Shown here piece after piece: positions 24,599 to 35,308 of a DNA stretch of 64,000 nucleotides. The translations under genes were made by a program, and so were the position numbers. Each line of letters starts with the position of its first letter. The first letter of the stretch is position 1. Source of the stretch: Octopus vulgaris. Taxonomy: Eukaryota. Under the pieces are notes generated by a model. The model saw only the letters and a list, made by a program, of their open reading frames with translations. It was not told the DNA's origin and made no database searches. The stretch spans positions 63,240,001 to 63,304,000 of the forward strand of contig OX597820.1 in assembly GCA_951406725.2 (NCBI GenBank), written 5' to 3'.

Positions 24599-27500
24599 CG
24601 TCCAGGATATGTATCAACAAGGTCACAGCCAACGTTAAACGGCTTGACCTCACTAACGGACAAGCGGAAAGACTAAAAAGGACGCTAATGGTAAATATTA
24701 GAAATAGAATATACAGAGAGCTGAGCGAACAAGAGAAGCGTAAACGTATATTTTTAAAAGAAATTAAAAGTATCACCACACGAAAGGAGAAAACCTTAAT
24801 AATGGATATAATATATGAAGAAAACAGACATGTAATACACCAATGCAATATCCATTTTAAGAGGAAGTTATCGTGGTTGAAACAGAAACGTCAATATGAG
24901 CTCGCAAAGGAAGAAAAGCAGAAGTATCCAGATACAATAAATGGAATTATTATGGAAGATGTGCTACTACCAGAAGAGTTCAATAAAGACAATGAAGCGA
25001 ACATCTATGGGGGAGTAACAACGGACCCAGATGAAATATCGATACTTCAACTACCACCAAAGTATGCAGTGTATAGTAAAGTGAATACCATCAAATGCCT
25101 GTCCGAGATTGAAAAGTCGTTCACAAAAATACGTTGGAATTTAAATAGATACTATGACAACAACACTTGCGACAACAACAACAACGCGAAAAACACTAAC
25201 CGCAGCAACAACAACACAAACAATAATGAACGCAACAATAACAACCGTAGCAACAAAAGCAACACGAACCCTAACAGCGGCAACAACAACAACAACACGA
25301 ACCCTAACAGCGACAACAACAATAACAATAGAAAAAATGTATGCATAGACACAAACAATAGATACAAAAACAAAAACACAAACAGAGAGAGAAAAATCGT
25401 ATACAACAGCAACAACAACAACAATTATAGGGAGAACCGACACACAAACACACACACAGATAGCCATAGTCACAAAGACACGAATAAAAGTTGTGTCATA
25501 GGGGTCACGATGGAGAATAAAGTTGAATGCAACAGGATCCTTGGACAGGGAGTCAGCGGACTTGAAACAGATAACAATACTCATAGGAACAAAAATAACG
25601 ACCGCAACAGGGGGATTGACAGGGACCAACAGACAGACATAAAACCCAACACTAATATAAACAACACATATACCAGAAACAGGAACAATGAATATATCAC
25701 TAGCGATGATAGTAATAATGGCAATGGTAGGAATAAAGGTAATAACAATAATAGTGGTAGTAGTAGTGGTGATGGTAACAGTAGAAGTAGTAATGAGGAT
25801 AGTAGTGATAGTTGTGGTGGTAATAGGAATACTAGTAGTAGTAGTAGTGGTAATGGTGATAATAATAATAGGAAGGCTGATGTTGGAAACAGTAACGATA
25901 ATGAAGATAACCCTAGAGAGACCATTGACATGTATACCCATCCCTTTGACACTCAATTCTTCAACGTATGCGACAAAACTTACTGCATGAACCGAATTTA
26001 TCCAACAACATTACCCTTCAACAAAAGAGTATACATCCCAAGACGTACTAATGACCACATGGAAGCACAGTTCACTATAGCTAGGACCAAACTTAGACAG
26101 ATTATAGGATTATACATTAAGAGACAGAGACAGAATAAGACAGATGCCCAACAACTAGGGATTAAACCTGCATGTGGCCTACAGAAGCTCATTCAGCGCA
26201 CGAGGAACGGAGAGGTGATATGCCTTCCCACGGATAAGTCCGGCAGGATGTCAATAGACAGCTTACCGAACTACATCCAGGCAATGCAACCTCATATCGC
26301 CAATACAAAAGTAACAACTGTACAGGCGCATGAGGAGAGAGAAAAGGTCCTCAATGCCCACATGATGATGTGGACAATTGTTCTGGGACCTCAGAAACGT
26401 ACTGCAAAGAATTTCCAAGCCTGGAACAATGATATCCCGGCACTGTATGGACTTCGCAAGGACCATAAAGGTTTTACTGACCCTATAGCAGGACCACCAA
26501 CAAGACCAGTCTGTGGAGCGAATATCGCTAGCAATTACATAATCTCCTACTTCCTCTCAATGATCATACGCCCTATAATCAGGATGTCACCTGATGTGTG
26601 TGACAGCACAGAAGATCTCCTAAGCAGGATCAGTGACTGTAACAAAACTTGTGACTTGACAGGATGTATAGTAGGTAGCATGGATGTGGTATCCCTATAC
26701 CCATCGATTGACGTAGATTTTGCAGTGGAGAAGTGCGTGGAGATGATCAACGAGAGCCAGGTGGAGTTCTGTAATGTCGACACAGAAGAACTGGGCCTCC
26801 TACTTAGACTGACATATAATAGTGAATACTTAGATAAACATAATCTTAGTAGTTTCTGCCCCAGTAGATGTTTAAGAGGTAGACCGCCTACAATTACTTC
26901 TATGGCTAGGAAGACACATATAGAAAGATGGCGCGGATGGACCAGAGCCATACGGAGCCCCGCAAATGTCCATCAGGTAAAGAAAATGATCGCACATGCA
27001 CTAGGAGCTAGTATAAGAGTTACCCTAAAAGACCACACATTTAAATTTAATAATAAAATATATGCCCAGGACGAGGGGGCAGCCATCGGTGTTAGTATCG
27101 CTGGTGATGTGGCCAACCTCTTCATGGTATGGTGGGGCAGAAGGCTTAAAGAATGCCTACTGCAGAAATCCATACTCGTAAACATGTACTCTCGCTATGT
27201 TGATGATATCAATATAGTAGTAAAGGCACCCCCACAAGAGAGTACTGTTGATATAGTAATAGAAACTAATACTATGGAGAGCATCCAGCAAATAGCTAAC
27301 TCCATCCACCAGAGTATTAAGGTCACAATAGACTACCCCACTAAACACCCCAACCATAGACTACCAGTACTAGACACTGAACTCTGGCTAGAAATTGTGC
27401 AAAATAAAACCCAAATCCTTCATTCATACTATGCAAAACCTATGGCCTCAAAATACCTGATCCACCGGAACCTAGCCATTGCGGGCAATGCCAAATTCAA

Positions 27501-28332
27501 TATTTTGATGGCAGACCTCGTCAGAATAATGAGAAATGTGTCACGCATGTGCGAGCCTACAGAATTAAAGAGACACATACAGTATTTCATTCACCGCATG
27601 CAGTTCTCAGGTTACAGCCATAAAGAAAGGATCAGAGTATACAAAGGAGCCATGAAGAAATTTGATAATATATTATGTAATGATAGGAATGGGATTTGCC
27701 CACTCTATAGGAACAAGTCATGGAACACTATAGAAAGGACAAAAAAGAAAATAGGGAAGGCCAACTCTTGGTATGATAGCCATAAATACCAGAGTGTCAT
27801 GTTCGTTGACACCACCCCTGGAGGTGAACTAGCGTACCGCTTTAGAAGGACCCTAGATAAACTTAAACTAAGAATTAAGGTTGTTGAAAAGCCAGGCAAC
27901 CCTATCAGATCTATAATTGGTAGAAGCTATCCTTTTAGTAGAACTCTCTGTACGGATAACTATTGCACTGTATGTAGATTTAGCCCACAAACGAACTGTA
28001 AAGCCAGAAATGTGGTCTATAGTATAAGATGTATAGAGGGACGATGCAGTAACAAGACAGTAACATACGTAGGGGAAACTGCAAGAAGCATTGGTGAGCG
28101 GGTGAATGAACATTGGAGACAACTCAAGGAAGGTAAAAGCTCATCGATTCTGTACCAACACGCCGAACAAGAACACGGGGGATCAATCAATAACATAGAG
28201 ATTAAGATATTGTCCACACATAGAACAGATGCAACAATTAGACAAATTACAGAAGCTACACATATAATAGAAAATAAACCTAGCCTGAATAGAAAACTAG
28301 AATGGAGCAATAGCGCACACCACAACATATGA
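24520..28332 (+). CDS. PLE reverse transcriptase / GIY-YIG endonuclease polyprotein (uninterrupted; first ~26 codons derive from the antisense inverted repeat)
   Basis: RT motifs: PTDKSG, LYGLRKDHK..RPV, MDVVSLYPSI, QDEGAAIG, RYVDD (27196-27207), VLDT. These are followed by a thumb region (YAKPMAS..SGY), a CxxxxCxxC knuckle, and GIY-YIG NVVY..YVGET..ER..EH..H..E..LN. There is a long insertion between motifs A and B'. No internal stops. Confidence 0.95.
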   Translation: MHSMNEGFGFYFSQFLARVQCLVLVVSSRICINKVTANVKRLDLTNGQAERLKRTLMVNIRNRIYRELSEQEKRKRIFLKEIKSITTRKEKTLIMDIIYEENRHVIHQCNIHFKRKLSWLKQKRQYELAKEEKQKYPDTINGIIMEDVLLPEEFNKDNEANIYGGVTTDPDEISILQLPPKYAVYSKVNTIKCLSEIEKSFTKIRWNLNRYYDNNTCDNNNNAKNTNRSNNNTNNNERNNNNRSNKSNTNPNSGNNNNNTNPNSDNNNNNRKNVCIDTNNRYKNKNTNRERKIVYNSNNNNNYRENRHTNTHTDSHSHKDTNKSCVIGVTMENKVECNRILGQGVSGLETDNNTHRNKNNDRNRGIDRDQQTDIKPNTNINNTYTRNRNNEYITSDDSNNGNGRNKGNNNNSGSSSGDGNSRSSNEDSSDSCGGNRNTSSSSSGNGDNNNRKADVGNSNDNEDNPRETIDMYTHPFDTQFFNVCDKTYCMNRIYPTTLPFNKRVYIPRRTNDHMEAQFTIARTKLRQIIGLYIKRQRQNKTDAQQLGIKPACGLQKLIQRTRNGEVICLPTDKSGRMSIDSLPNYIQAMQPHIANTKVTTVQAHEEREKVLNAHMMMWTIVLGPQKRTAKNFQAWNNDIPALYGLRKDHKGFTDPIAGPPTRPVCGANIASNYIISYFLSMIIRPIIRMSPDVCDSTEDLLSRISDCNKTCDLTGCIVGSMDVVSLYPSIDVDFAVEKCVEMINESQVEFCNVDTEELGLLLRLTYNSEYLDKHNLSSFCPSRCLRGRPPTITSMARKTHIERWRGWTRAIRSPANVHQVKKMIAHALGASIRVTLKDHTFKFNNKIYAQDEGAAIGVSIAGDVANLFMVWWGRRLKECLLQKSILVNMYSRYVDDINIVVKAPPQESTVDIVIETNTMESIQQIANSIHQSIKVTIDYPTKHPNHRLPVLDTELWLEIVQNKTQILHSYYAKPMASKYLIHRNLAIAGNAKFNILMADLVRIMRNVSRMCEPTELKRHIQYFIHRMQFSGYSHKERIRVYKGAMKKFDNILCNDRNGICPLYRNKSWNTIERTKKKIGKANSWYDSHKYQSVMFVDTTPGGELAYRFRRTLDKLKLRIKVVEKPGNPIRSIIGRSYPFSRTLCTDNYCTVCRFSPQTNCKARNVVYSIRCIEGRCSNKTVTYVGETARSIGERVNEHWRQLKEGKSSSILYQHAEQEHGGSINNIEIKILSTHRTDATIRQITEATHIIENKPSLNRKLEWSNSAHHNI

Positions 28333-28979
28333 CAATAGTGGATCCTGCAAACATAATAAATACACAGGTAATTAAAGAAATAGAAATGAATATCTATATG
28401 TGTATATATGTGTGTATATATGTATATATATGTATATGTATATGTATATGTATGTATATATATATATATGTATATGTATATTCTTTTTTTTTTTTTTTTC
28501 GATTAGATTTATTATTATTATTACTAATATTGTTGTTATACATACATACAAGCATATGTAATGATAATAATGGGTGGATGTAAACACATGAACAAAATTA
28601 GAACAAAAGCAACAACAACAAAAACAAAATACAAATTACAAGAATGTATATAACCAGAAGATACAAATATTACAGGCATCCCCCCACACACACACTAAAT
28701 AAACATAGACGCACATAGAGATATAAGCATGCGCAAATGAAGACATACAATAGAAATACAAAATGGCTGACGGTTAGTAAGGAGAGACACAAGTAAGTGA
28801 GAAGAAAACAAAGGACCACTGATGCGGTCACAGGAGTGTGACGAAAGAACTTTGGCCGAAATAAGATTAAGATTAATGTAAAAAATAAATATCACTGAAG
28901 CAAAATAACACCAAATATATAGTGCGTGTGTTTTTATTGGCTAAACTGGCAATATGACCATTCCGAAATATAACAATAT
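27358..28979 (+). repeat. Right arm of the 1622-bp inverted repeat (3' pLTR)
   Basis: Mirror of 22977-24598; paired coordinates sum to 51956 at both ends. Confidence 0.95.
28813..28857 (+). ncRNA. Minimal type I hammerhead ribozyme motif in PLE 3' pLTR (variant core)
   Basis: ggacca-CTGATGC-G-GTCACA-ggag-TGTGAC-GAAA-GAAC-TT-tggcc: stem I cca/tgg, 6-bp stem II, vestigial stem III. HHRs are an established feature of PLE pLTRs. Confidence 0.7.
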
Positions 28980-29032
28980 CTGTTTCAACACACGACTTCA
29001 CATAAAAAATCTTGCACAACAAATATTTAAAC

Positions 29033-29087
<55 letters not shown>

Positions 29088-29263
29088 CACATATATCTGC
29101 TGACAAGGCTTTGGTCGGTCCGAGGCTATAGCAGAAGACATGTGCCCAAGTAATCCTGCAGTGGGACTGAACCTGGAACCATGTGGTTGGGAATCAAGCT
29201 TCTTACCACTGCCAATCCAGCACTATATATATATATATATATATACTTACATACAGACACAAC

Positions 29264-29300
<37 letters not shown>

Positions 29301-29456
29301 ATGTGTGTGTGTGTGTGCGTGCGTGTGTGTGTGTGTGTGTGTGAATCTATGCGACTACTGATAATTGCACACATTCCTTGGTATTAATTGGTATTCAATA
29401 CATGCAAAAGATTAACATAATTTTCATTTCTGACTGTAGATGTGATTCTACAGAAA

Positions 29457-29501
<45 letters not shown>

Positions 29502-30425
29502 ACACATACACCACGCACAGAACATTTATATATATATATAAATGTGTTTGTATATGTGCGTGACTATCCGAATTTGTTTATATCGTTGCTTTGACACCCA
29601 TCAAATTTCAACTGGAATGCGGAGATAATTTTATTAATCTTGCCAGGCTCCTGAATACATCCGTATACACAATTAAACGCACGTACTTATGAACTATTTT
29701 CGTACATTATTTTAGAGAGACGCATATTTTGCATATTTTACGAAATAACTCGCATCTCGTTGATACCGTCTACTTTCATTTAAAATATTTTTAAAAATCT
29801 AAATTCTGTATTCTACTCATAATTTTGACGTACTAAATTATTAAGATAAACAAAACACATTAGCGCGCGAAAGCAAACGCCCCCTACCAAACATCTACAG
29901 AAATACATATTCGTTTACACGCACTGACATATAAACAAACAGTGATATTTACTGATATACAAGAATCGAAATATACGTATGTATCTTTTGATTATTTATA
30001 CTTACGAAAACAGATTAAAACGCAGTACGCTAAAATTAATATACCATCTCTCCCTCTTTCTTATCGTCTGTCTCTTTCTCCCTTCCTCTCCCCCCTCTCT
30101 CTCTCTGTATCTCCCACTTCATGTATGAGGGTGTTAGAACATATGCATGTATAAAACATTTTGTACTAAAAAATGCTGGATACATTCACAATATTTGAAG
30201 AAACGTTTTCTTGAAACTTTTACTTAACTATATAGAAAAACGTCAGAGAGACGGAATGACACGAATCGGTTAAGACGTTTTCCTATTTTGCATAAATGCT
30301 TTCGTAAATGATTCTAATAAATGCAGGCTGTGTTTGTCAGAAAGGGCACATATTCTATTTAGACCCAAAATAGCAAACTCTCTCTTGAACTCACGATCTG
30401 AAATGTTTGGTAGTTGCAAACATAT

Positions 30426-30660
30426 TGATTGATTGATTGATTCTAGTTTCAGCTCACGAGCTGTGGCCATGCTGGGGCACCGCCATTTGGTGTTGCTACA
30501 TGGTTTTACTTCACGAATGCTTTTTAGCAACTGCCATTTGGTGCATGAGAGAGTTCGATGCAGCTGCCCTCATCTGCACCTCCTGCCGTGAAGTTGGTTC
30601 ATCTGGGATACCTGACAAGAAGAGATCCAGTTTCATTTTAAAGACATATGCAAACATTTC
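30426..30660 (-). mobile_element. 3' end of CR1/L2-type LINE with (GATT)n tail
   Basis: Encodes KMKLDLFLSGIPDEPT..QMRAAASNSL; 3' UTR ggcggtgccccagcatggccacagctcgtgagctgaaactag-(aatc)n. Confidence 0.8.
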
Positions 30661-30992
30661 TTTTAAAAAATTGGAACATACCACTCGTTGCCGACGAACT
30701 ATTCAACAATTGATTTACTTATATATTTATATAATTTTTCTTGTTAGCATATCATCTCATATATTTTTATTACTTTATATTTTATTATATTTCAAATATA
30801 TTACATTTCGATATATGTTTTTTATGTTATTATTATATGTATATATTTTTCATATTCTCGTTTTAGTTACATTTTCTTTATATTTAGAGTATTGTAAATT
30901 ATTTTTTTTTAAAGAACGTTTCTCCTTATGTTATATATTTTGTATATTATTTATACAGCCCCCATTTTAAAATTTCCTCTATCATTCTTTTT

Positions 30993-31400
30993 ATCTTAAA
31001 TTTTTTTTCTTATAAAAATTTTTTCATCCGATTTTACACCATTCGATCGTCGCATCTAGAGAATTGCAGTCTGTGTAATCAGCCTAAGGGTATCATCCAC
31101 ATAATCCGATACAATATTGGGTTTCTTTCACCCCGTTTCAAAATGCAGTTCAGTATTTAAACCGCTTAAGTCCGATGGTATGGCTGCTGTCTGAAGAACG
31201 AACAAGGGTTCTATGTGCGTGAAACCTTTAGTAGCGTGGGTCATACATGTGAGGTGGTCATCAAAAACAATATATATGTGTGTGTGTGTGTGTATTTGTG
31301 TGTCTGTATTTGTCCCCCGAACATTGCTTCACTACCATTGCTGGTGTGTTTGCATCCCCGTAACTAAGCAGTTCGTCGGCAAAAGAGACTGATAATATAA
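30993..31400 (+). repeat. Second copy of the 18887-19314 segment
   Basis: As above. Confidence 0.9.
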
Positions 31401-31469
31401 GTGCTAGACTTACAAAGAATAAGCCCTGTGGTCAATTTGTTCGACTAAAAGCGGTGCTGCAGTATACAT

Positions 31470-31643
<174 letters not shown>

Positions 31644-32223
31644 GTATATATAAAGTCTACCGATGTGTGTGTGTGTGTACATAAATGCATCCATCAGAAG
31701 CTGGCAAGTCGCTTCGAATAGATGTTTTTTTTTTATGTAGCTTTGCTAGATTGCTTCAATTTTCGTCGTTAATATTGCACTCTGTAGTTACCATAGTTGG
31801 GAGCATTAGTCTAAACGGCTGAGAAAGAATATCATCGAGAGGAGCATCATGGTTCCCAGCTTTCTACTTCTAGAATTTCTAAGCATCCATCGGGCTAACC
31901 AATTGCATTTTCTTGCCAGCTCAATAATATTTTCCAACAATACCCAGGTAGAGCACTGATTTTGATTGCAGCCGCACCTAGGACAAGGAATCCAATCTGC
32001 ATTACGTTCGATTACGTGTGCTGTTAGTGCAGGGCTTGAAATTTTCCAACAGTAAACGGCATGTTATGTCCTGAACCCACTTGTATTTTGCGGCCAGATC
32101 CTGCAGCAGTTTTGCAACTTCTCCAGATACTGTATCTTCTGAGAGAATATTTTCTATTATTTATATTACTAGAAGGGTGGGTGTCTGAGTAAGTGAGAGT
32201 ATGTCTGTGATTGTCATATTTAC

Positions 32224-32288
<65 letters not shown>

Positions 32289-33589
32289 GGTACACACAGA
32301 CTCACATGCACGCACACTCACACCCTTCTATCTATCTATCTATCTATCTATCACTATATCCATATCTGTCTCTATATATGAGGGTGTATGTTATTGATGT
32401 GTGCGCAATTGTAATGCTGAACACTACCATAGTACCACTACCACCGTGTTCATCTACTATAAATGTGCATAACCATCATACTCACGATCGCCCACACTTC
32501 ACTACCAACATGGAAATACACACTAATCATTTTCCATCGGGCAAAGTAGATTCACCATTTTCGTGCCACGTCAAACTGAATTGACCATAATTGCAGAGCT
32601 CTTAACTACACCAGATAATTCCGATACGTTTTAATACGATAAAACTATAGTTATAATGTTTTATCTCCTCCAGGGATTCTGTTTATTCATTATGTCATAT
32701 ATATTCATTCACATTATATTTATTTGCATAAACTGCATGTTTTGTGATAAACTGAGATAAGAATATGCTCTGGCGCCATCTTAGTTATTAACAATATTAA
32801 AAAATGAGTAAACTGTTTGTCCCCAATGTAAATTCTATACTTGTATGTTATGAGCCCTATTTGCAACGTAGAAGGCGCCAGCAACGTATTTTAAAATTTC
32901 TACTCTAATGCATATTTACAAACACAAACACACATACATACATATATATACATACACAGAAAATGCTGGTTAGCAAAGTTTATATATACAAACATACGTA
33001 CAGGCAAAAATTTTATTACACTGAATATTTATTTCGCGACACGTGTTTTACGGCGCCTTATTCTTGGAAAGAAGGAAATAGATGTCTCATGCTTTTCTGC
33101 TCCTTAAAAGTTAAGTCTAAGGTAACCAAAAATTTCCTAACCTTCACAATAAACGTTATCTCATCAACCACTCCAACAGTAAATTATATATTAGAAACAA
33201 CCCCAATTCAAGTTACAGCAGTATTGATTATAAAAATTAAATGATTAGCAAACCACTTTATTCAGCAGTGTCCAACTGAAATGCTCTGAAATAAAAATGC
33301 ATTCCATGTAAATCAATGAAATATCTCTGAAGTCAGCTCCAACAAACCGAAAATTATGTAATTATGACCAGTTGTAAATTCCCCAACGATATATGAATCC
33401 ACCATATTTGAAACACCGAGAAAAGTGGCATTATTATCATTAAGGTGGCGAGTTGCAGAATCGCACAAAATGTTAAGGGCATGTACGTCCTCAGTTCAAA
33501 TTCCATCGAAGACGGTTTTACTCTTCACCATTTCGGAGTCGATAAAATAAGTGCCTGTTGAGCACTGCACTCTTTGTAATTGACGTAAC

Positions 33590-34108
33590 CCTTCTGATCT
33601 TAACTGAGTGGACATGTTATGTACATCTTTTGTCTTGGTATAAAAGATAAGCTACAGTAAATATTCTGGTCAATAGCACAGATCTATTTGTTGGTTGTTT
33701 GACCGTAAAATTGAGAAGGTCCTTTGGTGATTGGGGATATGTGCACCATTGATTACGAGCACAAGTTGTGGGTGGAATATCATAGCCATATTATAAAAGG
33801 AATTCTTTAGTGTTTGAATTATTCACCTCTGGAAACATGTGTGTTTCTTTCATCAACCTTAAGTAAACCTTATTCAGGGACCTTTTAAGCGGAATGGGCT
33901 ACTCCACATGAAGAAAATACTAACTGGGCCCCACCTGTAAGTTCAAGCGCTCTTTATCTTGATATAAAATTACCATGTCGCGCACATGTCGGTGTGATGC
34001 ATGTGTGGTGTACCCTTATCAGACTGGTAGTCATGATGGATATATCGGGCGTCGTATAATTGTACTGCAAAATCGAATGTCATTATGGCATGTGCTGCTC
34101 TTTCACTA
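33590..34108 (+). mobile_element. Third, diverged copy of the (AAT)n-associated repeat
   Basis: Reverse-complement match to 36886-37405. Confidence 0.75.
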
Positions 34109-34236
34109 AAAAAAAAAACAAAAACAAAAAAAAAATGATAATAATTATAATCCTTTCCACTATAGGTACAACGCCTGCAATTGTGGTGGATGGGACTAGT
34201 CGATTACATCAACTTAGGGCGATTACATCAAATTAG

Positions 34237-34467
34237 GGCGGCGAGCTGGCAGAATTGTTAGCACGCCGGGCGAAATGTGTAGCCGTATTTCGTCTGCCGT
34301 TACGTTCTGAGTTCAAATTCCGCCGAGGTCGACTTTGCCTTTCATCATTTCGGGGTCGATTAAATAAGTACCAGTTACACGCTGGGGTCGATATAATCGA
34401 CTTAATCCGTTTGTTTGTCCTTGTTTGTCCCTTCTGTGTTCAGCCCCTTGTGGGTAGTAAAGAAATA
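34237..34467 (+). mobile_element. SINE family 2 (tRNA-derived, CORE-like gcctttcatc..ggggtcgat..aagtacc)
   Basis: B box gagttcaaattcc. Other copies: ~9400-9600, 33443-33590, 34468-34630(-), 52020-52230, 53480-53635, 61659-61877(-), 62560-62780(-). Confidence 0.8.
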
Positions 34468-35229
34468 GATTACATCAACCCAAGTATTTCACTGCTACTT
34501 AATCTATTGACCACGAAAGGATGAAAGGTAAAGTCAACCTTGGGGAATTTGAATTCAAAACGTAGACACTGGTGAAATACCGACAAGCATTTCCAGCGTG
34601 CTAACAATTCTACCAGCTCACTGACTTAATAATGATGATGATAATAAGTGTAACAGCAAAAACGACATCAGCATCAACAACAGCTACAGCCACAAAATAA
34701 AATTTGGTTACTTGTATTTCAGATTGTATATGCGAGTATTTTCAGCTACTTATTAAAACATTCAAATGGTGAAACTTCTATAATTTCCTCATAATCAAAT
34801 TGCATTATTTGAGATTGCTTGTCAAAAGAAAAATGCAAACACAAAAATTAAATTACGATCAAATATTAGTTTCTTTTCGCATTTGACGTGCATTGTACAA
34901 CGTACAGAAGCAAACAGACATGCTGGGAGAGTGAGCAATGAACCTGCAGGCATATAAGTAAGTGCATAGATTTATTTTTCACGATATGGTTTTAACATAT
35001 ATGCCCACATACATACATAGAAACACCGGTGCAGGCACAGCACACACATTTTTGTGTGTAGATGTGCATATACATGCTTGTATATGCGTGTTTATATGTA
35101 TATAAGCAAACACACACGTACACACATATGCATATATACTATATACTCTCACGGATGCATACATATATATATAATCAAACACACACGTACACACAGATGC
35201 ATATATACTATATACTCTCACGGATACAT

Positions 35230-35308
<79 letters not shown>

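Larger units (their letters stand above)
22977..29033 (+). mobile_element. Penelope-like retroelement (EN+ PLE, probably Naiad-type), 5'-truncated, with inverted pseudo-LTR and ~54-nt 3' tail, inserted in (TA)n
   Basis: 22977-24598 is the reverse complement of 27358-28979 (1622 bp each, about 6 mismatches seen by eye). It contains an RT+GIY-YIG ORF. The tail 28980-29033 is not mirrored. (TA)n runs lie on both flanks. Confidence 0.95.

Noticed and set aside
25141-25990. Overlapping 100-271 aa ORFs on other frames and the opposite strand
   Set aside because: By-products of trinucleotide low-complexity sequence.
24520-28332. Selenocysteine recoding as reported for some Naiad elements, or telomerase (TERT) identity
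   Set aside because: There is no in-frame TGA before the terminal stop and I recognised no SECIS. The C-terminal GIY-YIG and absence of TERT T/CP motifs indicate a PLE.
22977-28979. Long inverted repeats read as TIRs of a DNA transposon or Polinton
   Set aside because: The arms consist of RT thumb, endonuclease and 3' UTR sequence; there is no transposase/integrase and no clear TSD.
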